This document shows positions 58,531 to 64,000 of a stretch of DNA of 64,000 bases, piece after piece (the stretch's first letter is position 1; the number at the start of each line of letters is the position of its first letter). The notes under the pieces are model-generated. The model made no database searches, was not told where the DNA came from, and saw only the letters and a program-made list of their open reading frames with translations. The stretch comes from Octopus vulgaris (taxonomy: Eukaryota): contig OX597817.1 of the NCBI GenBank assembly GCA_951406725.2, positions 23,622,001-23,686,000 on the forward strand, written 5' to 3'. The translations under genes were made by a program, and so were the position numbers.

Positions 58531-60241
58531 AATATATATACATATATTAATATAAACACACATGCAAACAAATATATATATATAAATTTTTTCTTACTTT
58601 CAAATGGTTCAATCAGTAGACTCCTAGCGGGGCAACGTCTTCGAGTGTTTCATTTGACTGTGCTTATATATTTACGAGCAAAACGGTCCCCGTCCGATAG
58701 ACGGTGCTGAGTTGTCAAACATTTAAACCAAATTTTCACAAAACAACTGATTTAACCTAAATTTGAAACACCAGCAAAAGAAGAAATAAAATAGACTTTT
58801 TTTCTATTTAAAGAAAAACGATTTTACAAATGCATGTTTCCACGGTTTTATCGATCACATTCTCAGCTGGAATCAATTTTTGTAATTTATTTCAAGACTT
58901 ATACACGCCCTGATACCGTCGGTATCCACATATCAAATTTGAGCACAATCGGATGGAAGATGCCCGAGATCCTAGAAGATACATACACAGACCGACAGAA
59001 ATTTTTTTATATAATATATATATATATATATTTATATATACATTGCCGTTCTCTAACAGTTGCCTAGGTTACATTTTGGGCATTATGCGAACCAACTAAA
59101 CACGCACGTATACTTTTTGTTTAGTTCTCTCCTTCGACCCGTCTTTACCTCGTTCACCTTATTCTTACATAACATTAGTAATCTTACGTAGAAAGAAATA
59201 TATAAACAAATATATTACATATATGTATATGTGTGTATTCGAGTTTGTGCTCGTGAGTAATAGTATGTGCGCGAATATTTTATGATAAAGCAGTGTTTGT
59301 GAACATCTAGCTATAATACTATCTCTACACTTGTCATTCAATTTAGTATTGTATGTTTCCTCAATTCGCATGAATTGTGTCTCTTAAAATAATGATGTGT
59401 AGAATTACACATTTAAGAGTAGAAACAATTGCAATGGCCTGTTACTGTTTTCGTGTCTTCAAACATATTTTAATATGGTACTAAGATGAAAAAGCCAAAC
59501 ATTAATCTACAGCTGCTAAGAACTATAGCAATCGATATGAGGTCAATTAAGAAAGATCTTTGCTCAGGTCTTTATTGATTACAAATTCATGTCTCTGTTT
59601 GATTTCCAATGGTTTCAAATGTATTGTTTGCCGTTCTATTTAATATTATCACACTGACTATAAAAGACATCTCTTCGGTATCCGGTGATGAAGAATATAA
59701 AAGGATGATAATATTAATGGCGTATATTAATGGTGACGTCTGTTAAATGAAAGTGGCTTTAGAAATAGATACCTTCTCTGGCGATTACGTCTACTCCCAA
59801 ACTCACGATATAGACGTTAGTTAAATAATATCTGTAATGCTTAGACGAAACTGTGTTTTAATTAACGAACATGGACCTGTATAAATTTCTCCTAAAGTAG
59901 ACACCGGAAAAGTCTAAATACAATTAATTACGTGGGTATACAACGTACAGAGAACAGAATATTAATTTCTGTTCTCCAGGCACAAAGTATTTATAGAGTA
60001 GAGCAGAGGATACGGAGTGTTCGAGTTTGTTATTGTTCTAATTAAAGAGATGTCACGTTATTTACAGATACAAAGCAGACCTACTTTTTGCACTTACTAC
60101 TTATTCTAAGACACTGAGACAGTTAGATGACGTTAATTTCATATAAAAGCAAAAAACTAGCACAGTTACAAATATAACTAATATTCATGTTAAAAGTATA
60201 TCATGAACCATAACATATGCTCACTTCTTTTTATTGAAATA

Positions 60242-60630
60242 CTAGCAGTATCGCCCGGCGTTGCTCGGGTTTGTAAGGGAAATAACTATATAAACATTTT
60301 TAGAGATGTAAAGTATAATAGCCATCTCAAAATGGCTAACCACAAAGGGGGTGTTACTGTAGCTTTTTACGTTCTGAGATTTAATAATACATTTTTAGAG
60401 AGTTACTTCCCTTATATAGTAGCGACGAAAATGCATTAAAATGGGAAAAAATGCTGGTAAATTTTTTTTTTAATCGTAGACTCATCGTAGACGCGCGCTA
60501 ATACCCAGAAGGGCTCGATATGAATCACGACTATAAGATACCCGCTTTTGGTTACACTTCACCTCAAAATGTGGGAGTAGTTAGGAATCTAAATCGTAGG
60601 AGACAGACACACAACTTCACTTTTATATAT
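60242..60630 (-). mobile_element. Non-autonomous Helitron-like element
   Basis: Reverse complement ends CCCGAGCAACGCCGGGCGATACTG-CTAG|T; its 3' part is shared with 61123-61499. Confidence 0.72.
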
Positions 60631-61122
60631 TGAAATATAAGCCGCTGATTCCTACGAAGTTTCAGTTATATTTTATTGTTAATAATCTTTAAGAACGTAG
60701 ACAGAGGTATGTACGTGGTGTTGTCAAAAAGTATCCGACCTTTGACCCATCCCTTCCCCCCAAAAAAACAATATAAAAAATAACGCACCATTTTGATTTA
60801 GTCTCCTTCAAAACATTCGCCTTGGGAGTCTACACACTTCTGCCAGCGTTCCTGCCACTGCTGGATATCAGATGTTTGGATACTGTAGAGTTGTGCCCTC
60901 GAATTTTGCTTCATGTCTTCTGTTTACTCAAATTGTCTCCCTTTGAGTGTTTTTTTTTTGTTTGTTTTTTGAGCTTTGGGAAAAGCCAAAAGTAACTGGA
61001 AGCCAAGTCTGGGGAATAGAAAGCCTGGCGAACAAGTGGTGTGTTTTGCTTGACGAGGAATTTTGGGATGACGTGGGAGGAATGAGCGGGTGCGTTGCCA
61101 TGTATATATATATATATATATA

Positions 61123-61499
61123 TCTCTATATATAAACCGCAGTTTGTCTGTGCGTGTTTCTGTGCGTCTGTTTGCTTGTACCCTCACCCTGACCACGGCT
61201 TTCAACCGATTCTGATGAAACTTGACACACACATAGCCCAATGTCATAATTCAAAACTAACGCAGCGAAAATTTTGAAAAGTTCCCCCAGTTCTGAAAAA
61301 AATCGATAAATTCGACATGGGGTCGAGAATCAGAAACACAAACCGCAAACTAGGGGACGCAACTCCACCTTTTTTAACTAAAAAAAAAATTTACCATCAT
61401 TTTTTTCCATTTTTTTGCTATTTTTTGGCTATAACTCTCTAAAAATGCTTTATAGTTATTTCCCTTACAAACCTGAGCAACGCCGGGCGATACTGCTAG
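61123..61499 (+). mobile_element. Non-autonomous Helitron-like element inserted in the mariner
   Basis: 5' TC(TC)TATATATAAA, 3' hairpin plus CTAG|T. Confidence 0.75.
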
Positions 61500-61551
61500 T
61501 ATATATATAAACACAAACACACATACACACACACACACATATATATATATA

Positions 61552-61848
61552 GGGGCAAATGTAGTTGTGTGTTAAAGATGTTTGCTTCCAAACCATATGG
61601 TTCCGTGTTCAGTCCCACAGCGTGACATCATCAGCAAGTATATGTTATAGCATAGGGCTGATCAAACACTTGTAAGTGGATTCGATAGACTGAAATGGAA
61701 AGAGGACCGCCGGATATATATACTTGTGAATGCGTGTGTGTTTGTCTGTGTGTGTTTGTGTGTGTTTTGTTTGTGTAAGACACCCAACACCACCACCACT
61801 TGAAAACCGGTGTTGATTTGTTTACGTCCCCGTATCCTACTAGGTCAG

Positions 61849-61850
<2 letters not shown>
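61552..61850 (+). mobile_element. Old SINE family C copy
   Basis: Diverged match to 61982-62385. Confidence 0.7.
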
Positions 61851-61885
<35 letters not shown>

Positions 61886-61981
61886 AAGATTGTTGCATAT
61901 AGTCATATATGCGTTGTGCATAAATACGTGTACATATATGAGTGTGCGCTTGAGTGTCTACACATATACAGATGTGTACAT

Positions 61982-62385
61982 AGGCGCAGGAGTGGCTGTG
62001 TGGTAAGTAGCTTGCTAACCAACCACATGGTTCCGGGTTCAGTCCCACTGCGTGGCACCTTGGGCAAGTGTCTTCTGCTATAGCCTCGGGCCGACCAATG
62101 CCTTGTGAGTGGATTTGGTAGACGGAAACTGAATGAAGCCTGTCGTATATATGTATGTATATATATATGTGTGTGTGTTTGTGTGTCTGTGTTTTTCCCC
62201 TAGCATTCCTTGACAACCGATGCTGGTGTGTTTACGTCCCCGTCACTTAGCGGTTCGGCAAAAAAGATACAGATAGAATAAGTACTGGGCTTACAAAGAA
62301 TAAGTCCCGGGGTCGATTTGCTCGACTAAAGGTGGTGCTCCAGCATGGCCACAGTCAAATGACTGAAACAAGTAAAAGAGAAAAG
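61982..62385 (+). mobile_element. tRNA-derived SINE family C (octopus OK-like), full length
   Basis: GGCGCAGGAGTGGCTGTGTGGTAAG A-box, GGTTCAGTCCC B-box, internal TA/TG microsatellite, AAGAG tail. Confidence 0.88.
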
Positions 62386-63122
62386 ATATATGTATAAAAT
62401 AAATATATAAAGAGCAACAGGCCATTTACATCTTTTATTTGGCATCTTGTCTTGTAATTATGGACGAGTATATAGGCCAAATTTTTTTCTTTCGTATTTA
62501 GTGTACATTCATATTTATACTTTCTCCGATAAATGAAAAGTTTGTAAATAGAGAAGCCAAATGAAATAGTACAGAAGAAAAGGAGCTGACAGTTCTTGGC
62601 TGCCCACAGGTCGGGTTGTCTTCGTCGCACAGCTTCAAGAGGGCGACGAAGAATCCCCAGGTAGTATTCGTTGTTAATTGTCGGGCCATAACGTAGGTCA
62701 CTGTCCACTAATGTGAAGCCATCTTTGAATTGCTTGTACCAGCCCATTATTTGTGTTTTTCTCATGGCATCATCTCCAAAGGCCTTCTTAATCTTCTTCA
62801 TTGTCTGGGCTAGTGTATCACCAAGTTTTAGGCAGAATTTGGTATAGTATCGCTGAATGCGCTCGTTCATCTTGACTTAAAAAGAAAAAGTCGCACAGTA
62901 CACTCTTCACGTCTGTACTCAACGCGTCACTACGAGCGAATCGTGCACCCTACGGCCACGAAAATTTCTTGCCCATGCTCAGGAATAACGCAGTCACCTA
63001 ACACCCATGTGGATTTTGCTCACACATTATTATTTAGTCCAAAATGGAAATCACGGTCTGGTATGTTTTGACTACACATCGTACTTTACATTGATATTTA
63101 GATTACAAAGCAACAGGTTCAT

Positions 63123-63525
63123 AGGCGCAGGAGTGGCTGTGTGGTAAGTAGCTTGCTAACCAACCACATGGTTCCGGGTTCAGTCCCACTGCGTGGCATC
63201 TTGGGCAATGCCTTGTGAGTGGATTTGGTAGACGGAAACTGAAAGAATCCCGTCGTATATATGTATATATATGTATGTGTGTGTATGTGTGTGTTTGTGT
63301 GTGTGTGTTTGTATGTGTGTGTTTGTCCCCCTATCATTGCTTGACAACCGATGTTGGTGTGTTCACGTCCCCGTCACTTAGCGGTTCGGCAAAAGACACC
63401 GATAGAATAAGTACTGGGCTTACAAAGAATAAGTCCCGGGGTCGATTTGCTCGACTAAAGGCGGTGCTCCAGCATGGCCGCAGTCAAATGACTGAAACAA
63501 GTAAAAGAGTAAAAGAGTAAGAGTA
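63123..63525 (+). mobile_element. SINE family C with an internal ~30-nt deletion
   Basis: Near-identical to the 61982 copy; (AAGAGT)n tail. Confidence 0.88.
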
Positions 63526-64000
63526 TACTCGTTAAGTAGCTATTTCTAAAGCTGCTTCCATTACACATACAATGATAAGTAATACAAAACTGAAAGTAGT
63601 ATGGAATGAAAATCACATACACACACACAATTCAAAAAAAGTTTTGCTAGCTGGAGATGTGAGTAAGAGGCTTGCGACACATTATTCTTCAATAATGCGC
63701 CACAAAGGTCAGATGTTAGTATTAATATTGCTAAAGAATATATGCTTCCAGCTAAAAGCCTAGCAGCGAAAATTTTGGTAGAAGTTTAGTAAGATTGATT
63801 GTTTCTTCTACACTGGCAAAGCACTGAATTTGTTAGCTTTATAAACGAATCCGTTCGTAAAAGAATTTTAGCTCTTTGGTCTGGTTTTACGAAATTTCTC
63901 TTTGAAATCTCAGATAGGAATTTCTCTTCTAAAATTCATAAATTGATTTTAATGCGACCACTATTTCAAAACAGCAAATTTAACTTGAAGCACATAACAG

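Larger units (their letters stand above)
60714..63081 (-). mobile_element. Mariner transposon (defective) carrying nested insertions
   Basis: TA-flanked imperfect ~27-bp TIRs (CGTGGTGTTGTCAAAAAGTATCCGACC / CGATGTGTAGTCAAAACATACCAGACC); N-terminus MNERIQRYYTKFCLKLG...WYKQFKDG; TINNEYY; C-terminus LKGRQFE...WQERWQKCVDSQGECFEGD. Confidence 0.85.

Overview
AT-rich, microsatellite-saturated eukaryotic DNA with no recognisable host protein-coding exon. It is most likely an intergenic or intronic region of a coleoid cephalopod (Octopus-like), an inference from the tRNA-derived SINE families and the repeat landscape. Almost all listed ORFs are translations of microsatellites. The real content is a layered set of decayed transposons: three SINE families (several with target-site duplications, TSDs), RTE, CR1, L1/Tx1 and R4/Dong LINE remnants, at least four Penelope-like elements (one near-intact RT+GIY-YIG copy with a complete minimal hammerhead ribozyme), Tc1, maT (DD37D) and mariner remnants, non-autonomous Helitrons, a 540-bp foldback element, and five copies of an unclassified ~600-bp repeat that sits in (AAT)n tracts. 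The most striking observation is that one of those five copies (40481-40925) carries about 35 strand-specific A>G changes relative to its sister copies, against only about 5-6 of each other transition. This is the pattern expected if an ADAR-hyper-edited (A-to-I) RNA had been reverse-transcribed and fixed in the genome. All counts come from manual alignment and need computational confirmation.
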